From Octopus sinensis (lineage: Eukaryota): a stretch of DNA of 64,000 nt. The position numbers and the translations under genes were made by a program. Under the pieces are notes generated by a model. That model did no database searches and was not told where the DNA came from. It was given only the letters and a program-made list of their open reading frames with translations. The DNA lies in NCBI RefSeq assembly GCF_006345805.1, contig NC_043008.1, positions 44,268,001 to 44,332,000 of the forward strand, read 5' to 3'. Shown here in pieces: positions 1 through 12,880 of this stretch. Position 1 is the stretch's first letter. Each line of letters begins with the position of its first letter.

Positions 1-200
1 CTGTGTTTTGTGCTCAAACTACGTCTTGCCTCTCTCTAGCCGCCACTTTTCACACAGTTTCCAATGTAGCACTTTCGCTACCTGGTCGTGTAACCACAAC
101 TTGTATAGTTTTTAGGCAAGTCTAGGGCATTCGTTCGTGATATGGGCAATGGTTTCATCCACCTCTATTGCAGATGCAGCACAGCGGAGACAATTGCTCA
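1..200 (-). mobile_element. Decayed R4/Dong-like (RLE-type) non-LTR retrotransposon, CCHC zinc-knuckle region
   Basis: Manual minus-strand translation: SPLCCICNRVDETIAHITNECPRLA*KLYKLWLHDQVAK/VLHWKLCEKW, matching the CxxC..H..C..RHD..HW motif of R2/R4-type ORFs. Contains a stop and a frameshift. Confidence 0.75.
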
Positions 201-469
201 TTCTTAAGTTTGACTCTCTAGTTCGTGGCCAAGGCTTGGTCTTGTGCTGCCAGTATCTGCAGCGGCCATTAGAAAAAGACCAATAGTTCCTCTTCCTCTG
301 GGTTTGAGGTAGTCAGTTCTACCGTTGGCGGCACGATCCCTACCAACTGTGTCACTTCCGCTGCCGTTCGCACAACCCTTCGGCAATGTCCCGCTTCTCT
401 TCCTCTTTTTTCTTCTCAACTGAGGGAGGGTGCGTCTCCTCCGTGACCGGGAGATTCACCTCCCCTCCC

Positions 470-870
470 TCATCCCCAGGATCCTTCGGTGAGCACCCAT
501 TGTTGCTCTCTTTCTTCCTCTTGCGAACCCTTCTCTGAGGAGTCCTGCGTCTCCTCAGCCGCCTTCGTTCTCTCTTCTACATAGCTCCCAATTGACTGCT
601 CCATTACTTTGCTCTGTTCCTGAGGACAGTTTTTCTTTAGATGGCCAGGCTCCAGGCACCGATGACACCTGGGGAGAGGGTGACCCTCAGGAATCACCGG
701 GTACCTACACCCGGCCATTTTCAAAAAATCTGGCATTACCATATTCACGGCTGATTGGGTCCACCGGGTCAAAACAGCTTTTGACCCAACCGCAGGAAGA
801 ATTTTCACTCCTTAGGTGGGACAATCTCCCACTCTACAATCTTATCCGTATTTTTTTTGCCATGTTTTAA
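470..870 (-). mobile_element. gag-like/ORF1 fragment with CCHC zinc knuckle (Tx1/L1-like), frameshifted
   Basis: ORF 470-808 contains CHRCLEPGHLKKNC (CX2CX4HX4C) followed by a charged low-complexity tail. The upstream part (KIVEWEIVPPKE) is in another frame. Confidence 0.65.
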
Positions 871-2835
871 ATTAAAAATTAAAAAGTCTAAAACAATAGC
901 ACAAAAAAGGAAAGAAAGAATTAAAAAAAAACAAAAGGGAAGAAGAAAAATAAGCAAACAGTTCAATAAAAAGTTACAATAGAAGAAGAAAACAACAGTT
1001 CTAAAAATACACACCAAAAAATATTCTGGGCATTCAGGTACTCCAAACCCTTATTGTACTCCAATTAGAACCTGGACTGCTCGCTTGAAATACAGCTTTC
1101 CAACGTAGTTGTAAAATACGCACTATTTACAAACAGCGAACGACTTTTGGTGGCAGAATATGTCACCAAACTTCATGTGAACATTTGAAATATAGTTTTC
1201 CAATAATGGTAAATGTTGTAAAAACATACACTGTTAAAAAGTGAACAATTTTTGGTTGAAGGATACTCCCACCATACTGTACTTCTCACAATGAGAAATA
1301 AATTTTCATTTGCTATGAACAATATTGCTGAACCGCAAGCAGACCAACATCCTGAATCCAGTGAGGATTCCCTGTTTGTAAAACATATAAGCACAGACAA
1401 CGGCCCTCAGTGGTTCCAAGAGACAAAAGTCTTACCTTGCAGCAGCTTCTTTTGGCAGACTATCTTCTTCAACGCGCAACACAATGACACATGCGTACAC
1501 TGACAACAGAGACTCATGGTTAAGCCACTTACTACACAGCCACTCCTGCGCCTACGTATATTTGTATTAATATACAGTTTCGTGTTTCACACTTCGCAAA
1601 GTCTGAAAGTTGCAATGCACGTGGCTCTTGACGCATGTGGTCACTCGGTTGCTTCTGCCTATGTATATATATATATATATATAATGTGTGTGTGTATGTA
1701 TGTGTGTGTATGTGTACCTACGATAGAAGGCGGATATGCCTGAAGTAAATATGAAATGCAGAATTCTTGTGAAGATTTAATCAAAAATGAAGGCATTTTT
1801 TAGATTTGAATTTCGATATGGCAGATCTTTAAAAAATATTTTTCAATTGATTTTCCTCCACTTTTTCCTGACTGAACTCTACACATTGTTTTTGCTATTT
1901 GAATATATATATATATGATGTATATATATATATAGTATGTAAATATGTATATATAGTATGTACATATGTATTTACGTGAGAGTTTGTGTCTATGTCTGTG
2001 TGTGTTTATGCATGTATACATGTATATTTCCAAGCGTGTTTTAATATAGGTATATTTTTGCGAGCATAAACACACTTACTAACACGCACACACACACAAC
2101 ACACACACACATACATCCACTCACATACTCACAGTACAAAAGCACACACAGACACAAACACACACATGTACCTGTATTGCTCCTAAAAGCGAAGGTAAGC
2201 GAATGTTTATAAAATACGGCACAGGAAAATAATATTCCAATTCAGACAACAAAAACCACTTTCGAACATAAAAACAAAATTTCTTAAAAAATTTTCAAAC
2301 AGAACAAAATGAAGAGTTAGATAAAATAATATTAGAGTAACATTAGGAAATTTTTATAAAACAAAAACGTGAAAATTGAAAAAAAAAAAAAAAATGAAAT
2401 ACAAAGCAAATATTTTTCTTTCCTTTCTCTCTTTTTTCTTTTGTAATTTCAATTATAAGCTGAAACTCCACAAAAATTCCTTTCCACTTCGCTTCGGCAT
2501 TTCTTTATCGAAAAATTGATTTTACGCTAATTATCTTAGTAAATGTATTCCCTGGAGATTCGATGAATTTCACAATGTTAACTGTAAAAGAGCGAATGAC
2601 TTTGAACTGTATGATAGTTTGTTGTAGGCAATATTTATTCGTTAACTACGCACAAACCTGGAAGTTTTGTTTGTTGTTATTTGTTTCTTTGGCAAACAGC
2701 TTATAATTACAATTGATTCCATCTATATTCCGCAAACTTAATAATACTCGGCCCCATTAGGCACAAATAAATTACTAATACATCTATATGGATATATGTG
2801 ATTACATCTATGTAATCTATACATACATACATACA

Positions 2836-2909
<74 letters not shown>

Positions 2910-2937
2910 TACATATATATATATATAATATACATAT

Positions 2938-2969
<32 letters not shown>

Positions 2970-2998
2970 CATATATATATAATATATATATATATATA

Positions 2999-3039
<41 letters not shown>

Positions 3040-3109
3040 CAGAATACAAATATGCATGTATATGTGTGTGTGGTATCTATGTATATATTCATACACACAC
3101 AAACACATA

Positions 3110-3660
3110 TTTAGACTGTGTCCCAAAAGTAACTGATGGCTTTCAATTTTTAATAGCTTCCTTAACTTTACAAATAAGTGCATGAAAGTTTGATACAATA
3201 TAAAGGATATGATAGAAATTAATATGCACAAGTCAAATTTTGCAACACCACTACATCACATAGGAAAAATGACATCGTTTAAATGGCAACCATTTTCGTG
3301 TTTACAGGCCCGTGCTGTTTCCAAAACCTGCTCCATAACACCGTCAAGATTTTCAGAGCCCCACCTCTCTGATTTCTCTATTGGTATTCTCCTTCAGTTG
3401 CACCAGGGTCTCCAGTTTGTTGTTGTAAACACCCTCTTTCAAGTATCCCCACAAGAAAAAATCCGGGCTAGTCAAATCTGGGTAAGGATAAGGTTAATGC
3501 CAGTTGATATTTCCGTAGCGGGAGATTATTCTCTCTTCAAAGTACTGCCATAGCAACTGCAGAGAAGTTGCCCCATCTCGCTGGAAACACGTGTGCGGTT
3601 TATTTTGAATATCCGGGCGGAAAAAAGGACTTAATCATGGCTAACTGAACAAGAGGGTTC
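3110..3660 (-). mobile_element. Tc1/mariner-superfamily transposase 3' remnant (SPDLT..DFFLWGYLK type)
   Basis: Degenerate minus-strand translation ending GVMEQVLETARACKHENGCHLNDVIFPM, preceded by eroded FQRDGA / PDLTSPDF.LWGYLK.RV-like motifs. Confidence 0.6.
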
Positions 3661-3869
3661 AAGTCACCAAACCGAAAACCCTGGTGCAACTGACGAACAT
3701 CAATAAATCAGAGAAGTGGAGTCTGAAACTCTTGAGGGTGTTACGGTGCAAGTTTTGGAAAGAGCATGGGTGTGCGAAGCCGAAAACGGCTGCCATTTAA
3801 GCGATGACATTTTTCCTATGTGATGTAGCGGTGTTGCAGAATTTGACTTGAGAATATTAATTTTCGTTA

Positions 3870-4070
3870 TGAGTGGCTGTGTGGTAAGTAGCTTGCTAAC
3901 CAACCACATGGTTCCGGGTTCAGTCCCACTGCGTGGCATCTTGGGCAAGTGTCTTCTGCTATAGCCCCGGGCTGACCAATACCTTGTGAGATGATTTGGT
4001 AGACGGAAACTGAAAGAAGCCTGTCGTATATATGTATGTATATATATATATTATATATATATATGTGTGT

Positions 4071-4101
<31 letters not shown>

Positions 4102-4301
4102 TGTGTGTGCGTGTGTGTGTGTGTTTGTGTGTCTGTGTTGGTCCCCCTAGCATTGCTTGACAACCGATGCTGGTGACGTCCCCGTCACTTAGCGGTTCGG
4201 CAAAAGAGACCGATAGAATAAGTACTGGGCTTACAAAGAATAAGTTCCGGGATCGATTTGCCGCAGTCAAATGACTGAAACAAGTAAAAGAGTAAAAGAG
4301 T
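3870..4301 (+). mobile_element. Composite SINE-like element with internal (TA)/(TG) microsatellite
   Basis: Head gtggctgtgtggtaagtagcttgct..ggttcagtccc (A/B-box-like), microsatellite middle, tail ..gactgaaacaagtaaaagag. The same family occurs at 27256 and 51134. Confidence 0.8.
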
Positions 4302-4447
4302 ATACTTGAAATAATTCTGTTATTATTTCACTCACATCCTTCAGAAGAATGTAACTAATTTTTATGTTTTAGTAACTTAAATACTAATAAGTGGTTACCG
4401 ATGTCTGTTGCGCAAAGTGATGATAGAAAAACAGAGTGTAGGGAATT

Positions 4448-5372
4448 TACGAGCTGGTATCAAGAAGTTCCTGCACTCATTATGTTTAATAAAACTAATC
4501 TATTTACCTAAGTTTTAACATCTTCTCTTTGGAAATAGTCACCTTGTGCTGCAATACACTGGCCCCAGCTTTCCTGCCATTTTTGTAATCCGGCTTGGAA
4601 GTCGTTTTCCGTAAGCGATTCGAATACCTTCTGTGATTCTCTAATGATCTCGACAACGGTAGTAAAACGGCGACCTTTGAGCTGCAGTTCATCTTGGGGG
4701 AAGAGATGGAGAACCTCAGGTTCTAAATCTGTTGAACAGGGTGGATGCGGTAGTAATGCCATGTTTTTGACGAGAAACTCACAAGTGAGAGGAGCTTCGC
4801 AGAAGTTGCATTGCATCGTGAAGAATCCAATTCTTCGTTGGCGTTAGAATTGCCTGCACGCGCCCATTCGACAAATCAACAACATCGGCCATGTCATTGG
4901 TTATTTTCTGTCTATCCTTCATCACAAGCTGGTGAATTATTGTCATGTTTCCGGGTGTGACGCTCTGGGTATGTCTTTCATATCACTCATCGTCTTCCAG
5001 AGTGGTTCTTCCGCTCTTAAAGCGCCCAAGCCACACGAAACATTGCGTACAACCCATTGTCTTATCGCCGTAAGCTTGCTGAAGTTTGCTCAATGTCTGT
5101 GTAGCAGACTTCCCAACTTTAATTCAAAATTTCACGTTGGCTTTTTGTTCCAAATTCCTGTCTTTGACAAAAATCGCAGACTCCAGCATTCGTGTGATCA
5201 CAAAACCCAAATTTCACAAATATTCAAAGAAAACAGAGCGATTTCACTCGACACACGGCTTCATGAAAGTCACTACTAGCTTTCATTGCACACGCAGCTG
5301 TGTACCTCTAGCCGTGTGGTGACAGGCGTACTCCGGGAATAGTCCGGGAGTACTTCTTTATACTACCTCATA
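4448..5372 (-). mobile_element. Internally deleted mariner element with both TIRs
   Basis: ORF 4508-4816 = HPP(Y)S(P)DL..F.LFP..KLQLKGRRF..GDYF mariner C-terminus. Imperfect TIRs tacgagctggtatcaagaagttcc (4448) and rc tatgaggtagtataaagaagtactccc (5372), with TA at both ends. Confidence 0.8.
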
Positions 5373-6262
5373 TATGCTGTGTTTGTTGTCATAACCATTT
5401 TAGACATTTTTGAATAACATGTATTAATAGAAAGGAATTTCTATTACTGAAACCGTCTCTTCTTATTTTCCGTAACGTCACTCAGATACCTGGTTGCTCC
5501 GGCGACACGAGGTCACGTATCAGTAAAAGTAATAGCAGCCAAATGAATATAATTATACACATCAGTATGTAATTTGTACTTCTTACTCTTTCTCCTTTTA
5601 AGCCATCATCTATGCATGCATTTATATGTATATATGTATATACCAAATATATGTATGCATATTTGTATGCATGTATTTATACATATATACATGTAAGAAT
5701 GTATGAAAGTATATGTATGTATGAATGTATATATACACATACATGCATACATATACACTCTCACACACACACATATATACATAAATAAACAGATACATAT
5801 ATACATATACATATACTTTATACAGATATTTCTATTTGTGTGTCCTTATGTCCGCGCGTCTGTGTGTCTGTATATGTCTGTTTGTACATGCATCTATGCA
5901 TGGTTTCGATATACAGATGATTATATAGTTAGGTCGCGTTGATCGATACTTCGATAGTCGTAAGATGTAAGTGTGTTCATTCTTCTTGAGGACGTCTACT
6001 GCTTGGCGCAGAAATTAATTAGAGACGTTATTTTGCGCTCTACGATCGCAGACATTATAGAATAGTCTGGCAATCAATGGCAAATCAAACTTGATATATG
6101 TGAGGGCTGGGGATCACGTCGATTATAATACTGTAATCTCACGCATTGCTTAATAGTTCATAGTCTGCATGTACTTTCTTCCAGTTTTACTATAATCCTT
6201 CATTAGATTTCTGAAGGCTTCCCCCGAAGAGCTTCGTGCAGATATTTATATATGTATATATG

Positions 6263-6316
<54 letters not shown>

Positions 6317-7303
6317 TATATATATATACATGTCTGTGTGTGTATGTGTGTGTATGACAGGTTTCTTTCAGTTATGTATATATATTTATAAACACACACA
6401 CACACATATATGTGTCTGTGTTTATGTTATTGTCTGCGTAGTCCCCAACTCCTACTTGACAACGAGTGTTGGTGTGTTTACGTCCTGTTGGTGTGGTGTT
6501 TATTTGACAACGGGCGTTGGTGTATTTAGTTAGCGGTAGAATAAATCCCAGTCGTAAATAAAATAAGAGCTGCGTGTAATTCATTTGACAAGAACTTCTT
6601 GAAGGCGATTTCCAAGCATAACTGAAGTCAAATGACCGAAACGAATAAAACATATAAAGATATAAGATTTATAATATCAGAAATAAATTATATTCATATG
6701 TAGATATTAGTCGAACGTGACCGCCTGTACGTTATGTTTCGCCTCTTGATTATGTTTCTCACTGCGTACGTAACGCCAATCTACAACTATTAGATACATT
6801 GTATTTACACGGTCTTACACAAACTCACAGGTGTATCTGTCAACAGCATAACATATGAAGAATTAGGAAATAAATAGTAAAAAAATTACAAGGTACATTG
6901 AGATATGGCTCAGTCGGAATAAAGAATCGTCTCGTATATGAGATAATTCCTGTTAGACTCAAATGATTAAGATTTTTTTTTTTTTGGTATCTGAAATAAG
7001 TAAATTAACTACGTCATTCTAGGAGATATTGCACACTTTCAGCTAGTGTTAAATAATTACTAAATAGCGAAACATAGAGACAGCAGGTGAGTAAAAAAGA
7101 GAAGGACAGAGTGAGACAGGCAGAGAGGAGAGAGAGAAAGAGAGAGAGAAAGAGACAGTGGAATGAAAAAGGCTGCAGAAAAATGATGTTTATAAGTTTA
7201 ATTAAATTCGGTTTCTCTTGCAAATGATGGAATTCTTACAATAACGGTGAAATAATTTACAATACCCCGATAAGCAACCTCAAATCGCTATGTTTCCTCC
7301 CCC

Positions 7304-7583
7304 TTCTTCTTCTTCTTCTTCTTCTTCTTCTTCTTCTTCTTCTTCTTCTTCTTCTTCTTCTTCTTCTTCTTCTTCTTCTTCTTCTTCTTCTTCTTCTTCT
7401 TCTCCTCCTCCTTCTTCTTCTTCTTCATCTCCTCCTCCTCCTTCTTCTTCTTTTCCTCCTCCTTCTCCTCCTCCTCCTTTTTCTTCTTTTCCTCCTCCTC
7501 CTTCTTACTTTTATTTTTTAATCACTTTATGTCTGTCTTTATTTTGTTCTCCTCATCCTTCGCCCTGGTGGTAAATGAAATCA

Positions 7584-7638
<55 letters not shown>

Positions 7639-7640
7639 CA
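7304..7640 (+). repeat. (TTC)n/(TCC)n and (ATT)n microsatellites
   Basis: Direct reading; source of the poly-S and poly-I/L ORFs. Confidence 0.95.
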
Positions 7641-7899
7641 ATAATAATAGCAACAAGAACAATAACAATACTAGTAGTAGTAGACCTAACAGAAATAGTA
7701 CTAATAATAATCGTAATCCAAGACAGAACAGAATATTCGAAGCTAATGAGAAATAAAAAGAAAACGTTTTTGTGGAGCGAGATGAGCAAGTGAACCTAAC
7801 ATTGCATACTATCTATGAAAATATATGGCATAGTAGAAAACACGAGCTGGTTTATATAGAACAGTATGAGATGCTGGAGAACTGAACTGACAGCAGGGC

Positions 7900-9350
7900 A
7901 TCAAGTAATAGGAAAGGGGAAAATTATGAAAGGAAATTTCCAAGGAGACAGTGTATCCCCATTAAACTTTGTACCGGGAATGAGTTATTTGAGTGAATTT
8001 TTGCAGAATAACAAAGTCCTATATATCTATAAGTGAATGAATTCTTGACGAAGCATACAGAACTTTCACAACCGTTCTTCATAAGAAGCTGGGTTACATG
8101 TCTGGTGAATAATGATATATTGCTAGAGAACTGGCGCGGCTAATGAACGTATGGCTGTAAAGAACAGCTGATAGTGAATTGAGACTTTATAGAAGTTGGT
8201 AGAAATAGGAGACGGTAAAATAGTGTGATCTCGGCAAATAGTGAAAGCCTTTATTTAACATTCCTTCCTGATTCTGGATACACTCTAAATAAAACAAATT
8301 TTGTTGTGCCTAGGAAAGAGATTATGCCAATATTATTAACACACACACACCACAAAAGTCACTGAAAAGGTTCAAAATAGCAACGAGTGAGCTTTCATAA
8401 AAAACAACAGACAAAAACAAAACAAATGGATTACTGTTTAACTAAGATAAACAATCAATTAATTAGTTGGGTATTTGTCCAGTTGATAAATAATGCACGC
8501 GTGTTAATAATATTGGCATAATGACTCTCCTTAGACACACCTAAATTTGTTTCAACACACGAATTCACATAAAGAATCTTGCAAACCAGATACAAAAACC
8601 AAGTCTAAATAAAACAACTCAGGAACTAATGAAATATGTGACGCAATTAATGATATTAAAAACAATATCATCGCATAACATCAAAATTGTTCCTGTATAA
8701 ATACAAGGGGATGCCATTCAAGAAGGGATCATTATGTCCCCTGTTCTTGTACTTAGTTCCGACTCCATTAACATACTTGTTTGCACCAAACCACCGTTGA
8801 ATATGGACGCTGCAGAAAGAACTGCGCATCAACGCCTGTATACATAGCTGACTTCAATATATTTACATGGACAATACAGGACTGAAAGCCGTTTTTAAAT
8901 TCATTAAAATCATACGATTGATCAGAGGATTAGACAAATGCATTAAACCTACTTCTAATACGAAAAGGTAATTTAACTAGAGCTGAGAATATTATTAAAT
9001 TAGACGCCTAAATCAGAGAAGCAGGCCGAATGCACCCATACAAATGTGTGGTGTAAAGGAAACTGATAAAATAAATACAGAAATGGTAGATATGTTTTAG
9101 AGTCAGTACTATAAAAGAGTCGAACTAATATTAAAAACTGAAGTCAATAAGAGAAATAATATTGTAGGTATAAATACTCTAGCATTCCTAGTTGTAAATT
9201 GCAGCTTCAATATAAACTGGATGTGAAATGAATTGAAAAGTCAATAGATGCAGAAATCAGGGAATTAATGACGTGGTTGTGAAACCACGATTTCAGAGTT
9301 GATATATATAGATTATGGCTAACTTGTACTCAAGGAATATAAGATCTAAT
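7900..9350 (+). mobile_element. Heavily decayed R4/Dong-like reverse transcriptase remnants
   Basis: KGNFQGDSVSPLNF (~7930), a second SLCPLFLYLVPTPLTYL (~8730), GLDKC, and QYYKRVELILKTEVNKRNNIVGINTLAFLVV (~9100-9200). Many stops and frameshifts. Confidence 0.7.
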
Positions 9351-9829
9351 ACAAATAGAATCCTGCTACAAAGGTTCTAGGTAAATTACACCGTGGTAAA
9401 TTCCACCCATGGATAGACTTCTGTCACACTGGGTAATATCAAGTATTCTGCTAGCAATAACCAGCTCTTCATCGGAAAAGCTGATTGTAGATTCCAAGTA
9501 GAGAGGTAGGAGTCTCTCGATACCTGGTACCTGACCGCCATGCTTCTTGCTATTTTCCGTCTGGAGGACACTGCATTTGATTTCTTCCATTGTCCTTCTT
9601 CTATGTGTAATTTCTTCTTTATCTTTCTTACATTGTCGCTTAGTCTCTGTGGGGTAATTATCAGTTCTGACCACATTCACATAATGTGGGGTGTGATGGT
9701 GAGGTTGCACGGCCACCGGTATTTTTATTGGAATGCCATCTTTAGAAGGGTTGGCGACTGAGGCTGAAGAGGTACCCTGACTCCATTATTATTACGGCAG
9801 AATTCCGCTGACATCTTTTCGAGGAGTGA

Positions 9830-10620
9830 CATTCTTCACACAGCAGCCTTTGAGACTTACGTCAAAAGTATGCCGCGCCAATGGGACAAGGATATCGAGT
9901 GCTATGAGAAGCTGATTTCAGTGGAGGAAGTGGTGCACAAATCACCAGGATTGGATGGTCTAACCTATGAAATACATACTCACATATCGGACTTGTTTGC
10001 GCCGATTTTAGCAGCTGTCTACTGTTCCTGACAAGAGAGAGGAAGCATTCCAAGTCTTGTGAGTCGGGGAGTAGTTACGCAGCTGAGAAAGGATCCGAAC
10101 AAGAAGGATGCTATTGAAAACTTCATAACTTTACTCAACTGAGATTAAGATTCTAGCTAAGGTGCTCGCCAAGAGGCTGGCGCTTGTCGATAGTATAGTC
10201 GGGGATGGACAAACATTTGCGACGGCGGTAGGTCTATCCACAGCAATCTCCACCTCATGCGATATGTCATAGAACGTGTCGAGGATAGATTGGTCTTTGA
10301 AGGGGCAATGGTGAATTTGGACCAGTCAATAGTTTGCTGTGTTCCAGTGTGTTTATCAAAAGGTGATCAACAGTGGCAAGACTAGTGAGATTGAATATAT
10401 TTACTCTAAATATGATTTTCTAACTAGGAGGAAAGAAACTGGAAGAGGGCGCTTTCCCATGCCTTGGGGATGGCAGAGTAATCCGGGAATTTTTTTGTGT
10501 GTGAGGTTTATCCCGGATCACCTTCAGTGGACTATCCCGCTATTGTAGATTCTATCTATTTATTTGTTAGTATTTATCTCTCTACTCTCTGTTATATAAC
10601 CTCTATTATAACCTTTAATG
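9830..10620 (+). mobile_element. Tx1/L1-like RT N-terminal remnant joined to a putative 3' end
   Basis: KSPGLDGLTYE..ITLLN/IKILAKVLAKRL..RSIHSNLHLMRYVIE..GAMVNLDQS, with frameshifts. The RT core downstream is absent. Confidence 0.75.
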
Positions 10621-10934
10621 TAGTGTTATCTCCCATTGATGGATGTTAACCCGACATGCTTTTGTTCTTGTAATATTTGTGTGATGTAACTCATGTTTTG
10701 TGATGTAACTCATGTTTTGGCTCTTTGTGAGCAATAAAAAAATCATCATCATCATCACCATTACCACCACCACCACCACCATCACCATCACCAAAGCCAC
10801 CAGCACCACCACTATCATCATCGTAATCATCATCATTATCATTATCATCATTGTTAATGTTGTTATTCATGCTATTATTATCCTTATTATCATTAATAAT
10901 AATTATAATAAATAAATAACTTGATAAGAATAAT

Positions 10935-11130
10935 AATCCTTTCTAACTATAGACACAAGGCCTGAATTTTGGGGAGAGGGTGGGTCGATTACATCGACCC
11001 CATTGTTTAACTGGTATTTATTTTATCGACCTCGAAAGAATGAAAGGCAAAGTCGACCTCGGCGGAATTCCAATCCGGACCTGGAGACGGACGAAATGCC
11101 GCTAAGCATATTTCCCGGCGACCTAACAAT
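10935..11130 (-). mobile_element. tRNA-derived SINE (gtcgactttgcctttcatcc family)
   Basis: Shared core ccgccgaggtcgactttgcctttcat..gtcgat..gtaccag..gggtcgatgtaatcgac seen in >10 copies in the window. Confidence 0.8.
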
Positions 11131-12689
11131 GAGGTTTGTACTTATTCTACTCTTTTCCACTTAAAGAAAACTTCGTCAGCACTGCAGCAAACTATTTCTG
11201 CCGTAAGCACTTCCCACATTGCTGCATAATGAGGCATGCTGTTTGATATTGCTAGAGGAGATTTGTCATCATTATCAAACGCAACACTTCACTGCCATCA
11301 TTCATTTATAACATTATTGATATGAATATAACTAAAGAATATATTTGTATAACAATTCCTATAAGCTAACGCAAAATTAATTCTTAAGTTATTCAAATAT
11401 ACTACAAGAAGTGTTATTGCCTCTAAGTCTGGATTGATACAACTCCTAAGTGCATTGGAATATAAGAGAATATATGCACATTGAATTTGAAAATTAATGT
11501 ACTGTTTTGTCCTTTGGGATATGCTAAAATGAATGACGTATTTTAACACAATATCAAGTATAGACTTTGATATTGGTTTCTGTCTGTCATTTCTTGTATC
11601 ACGGATATTGACCTGGAAATATCTAGGCCTCTGGATGAGTGCTGGATACTTGCTGACGTTTTCATCCATCGATTTCCCAGCTATTGTGACCAGCGCTTCT
11701 CCTTATTAGAACGTGAAACATGTGTGTATACTATTTTAGCCTGACCATGTAAAAGGACTTACCGAGCTGTATTCTACCACTAGCACGCGTGAGTCTAGAC
11801 ACTATAGGGACCACTGAAATGAACCTCTTAAGACTTTTTGACCTGAGCTTATGCGGGTTATAGAATTATCGACATATTCTCACTTTACATCCATACTTTA
11901 TTTGACAATTGCCATAGGTTATTTGTCTTTTCAGAAGGTGAAACAATTCATTTTAGGATTTCGCTTCGGTTAACGCACCATATTTATTCTTTACAATATT
12001 GAATCTTCCAAAATGTAAAAGAATGAAAGAAATTAAAATTTTCAGATAGCTTCGATAGATTCCGATCAAATGGCAAACATTTTCAATTAAGGCGGATAAT
12101 TCATTTTCAAGTTTCAAAATACAAAACCTCTTGATTGAGTACTTCGTAAAGGTAAGCAACAAACTGAAAGGATTGTCGAAATGGCAGCAAGAAACATAGT
12201 TACCGGACCAGAGTGCCGGAGTTGAGATGCAGTGCAATTAAATAGTAAAACCTTTCAAGGAGAGACAAGATCGGCTTTGAAGTGCCCTATAGTCTATAAC
12301 CAATATCTACAGAAGTTATTGAACTTAAATTAAAATATTCTTACAAAATCAAAAACAGTCAGCTTTCGAAAAACAACATTATCAATTTCTCTTTTAACGC
12401 AAACATTCGAAATTAAATTTAATTTCGAACATTACTAAAATGGTATATATTTTTCTTTTGCAATTAAATATTAATAACAATCTATAAGTGATGTGTTTCC
12501 ATTTGTCGCTTAAGTAAATTCCAGGTAACTGGTTAAAACAAAATTAAGATTAGAATCAAAATTATAAATGAAGAAGATATAAATTTTAATCCACATTTCT
12601 TTTTTATTTAATATAACAAATGATGTCCTAAAACGTGATGCTTATTATTCATATAACAACGTATATTTGTTTGAAATGTTGGTACAATG

Positions 12690-12880
12690 CCAGCAATTTC
12701 AGTGGAGTGGAAAATTCGGTTACATCGATCCCGGTGCCCATCTGGTACTTATTTTACCGGCCGCGAAAGAATGAAAGGTAAAGTCGACTTCGGTGGTATA
12801 TGATCTCGGAATGTAAAGACGGACGAAGTGCCGTTGGGCATTTAACCCGGCGTGCTAACCATTCTGTCAGCCCGCAGCCT
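12690..12880 (-). mobile_element. Diverged SINE, same family as 10935
   Basis: gaaaggtaaagtcgacttcgg and gacggacgaagtgccg..catttaacccggcgtgctaac. Confidence 0.7.

Noticed and set aside
2738-3231. Long YI/IY, THTH, LSIY and poly-D/I/S ORFs here and throughout the window
   Set aside because: Translations of (TA)n, (CA)n, (TATC)n, (ATC)n and (TTC)n microsatellites.
9366-9716. Minus-strand ORFs as a gene
   Set aside because: At best the N-terminal remnant of an R4-like ORF (QRLSDNVRKIKK); too weak to call.
11298-11669. 123-aa minus-strand ORF in non-repetitive sequence
   Set aside because: No motif recognised and no supporting splice structure; length is compatible with chance.
12048-12156. 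ttttcag...gtaagc candidate exon
   Set aside because: Stop codons in all three frames.
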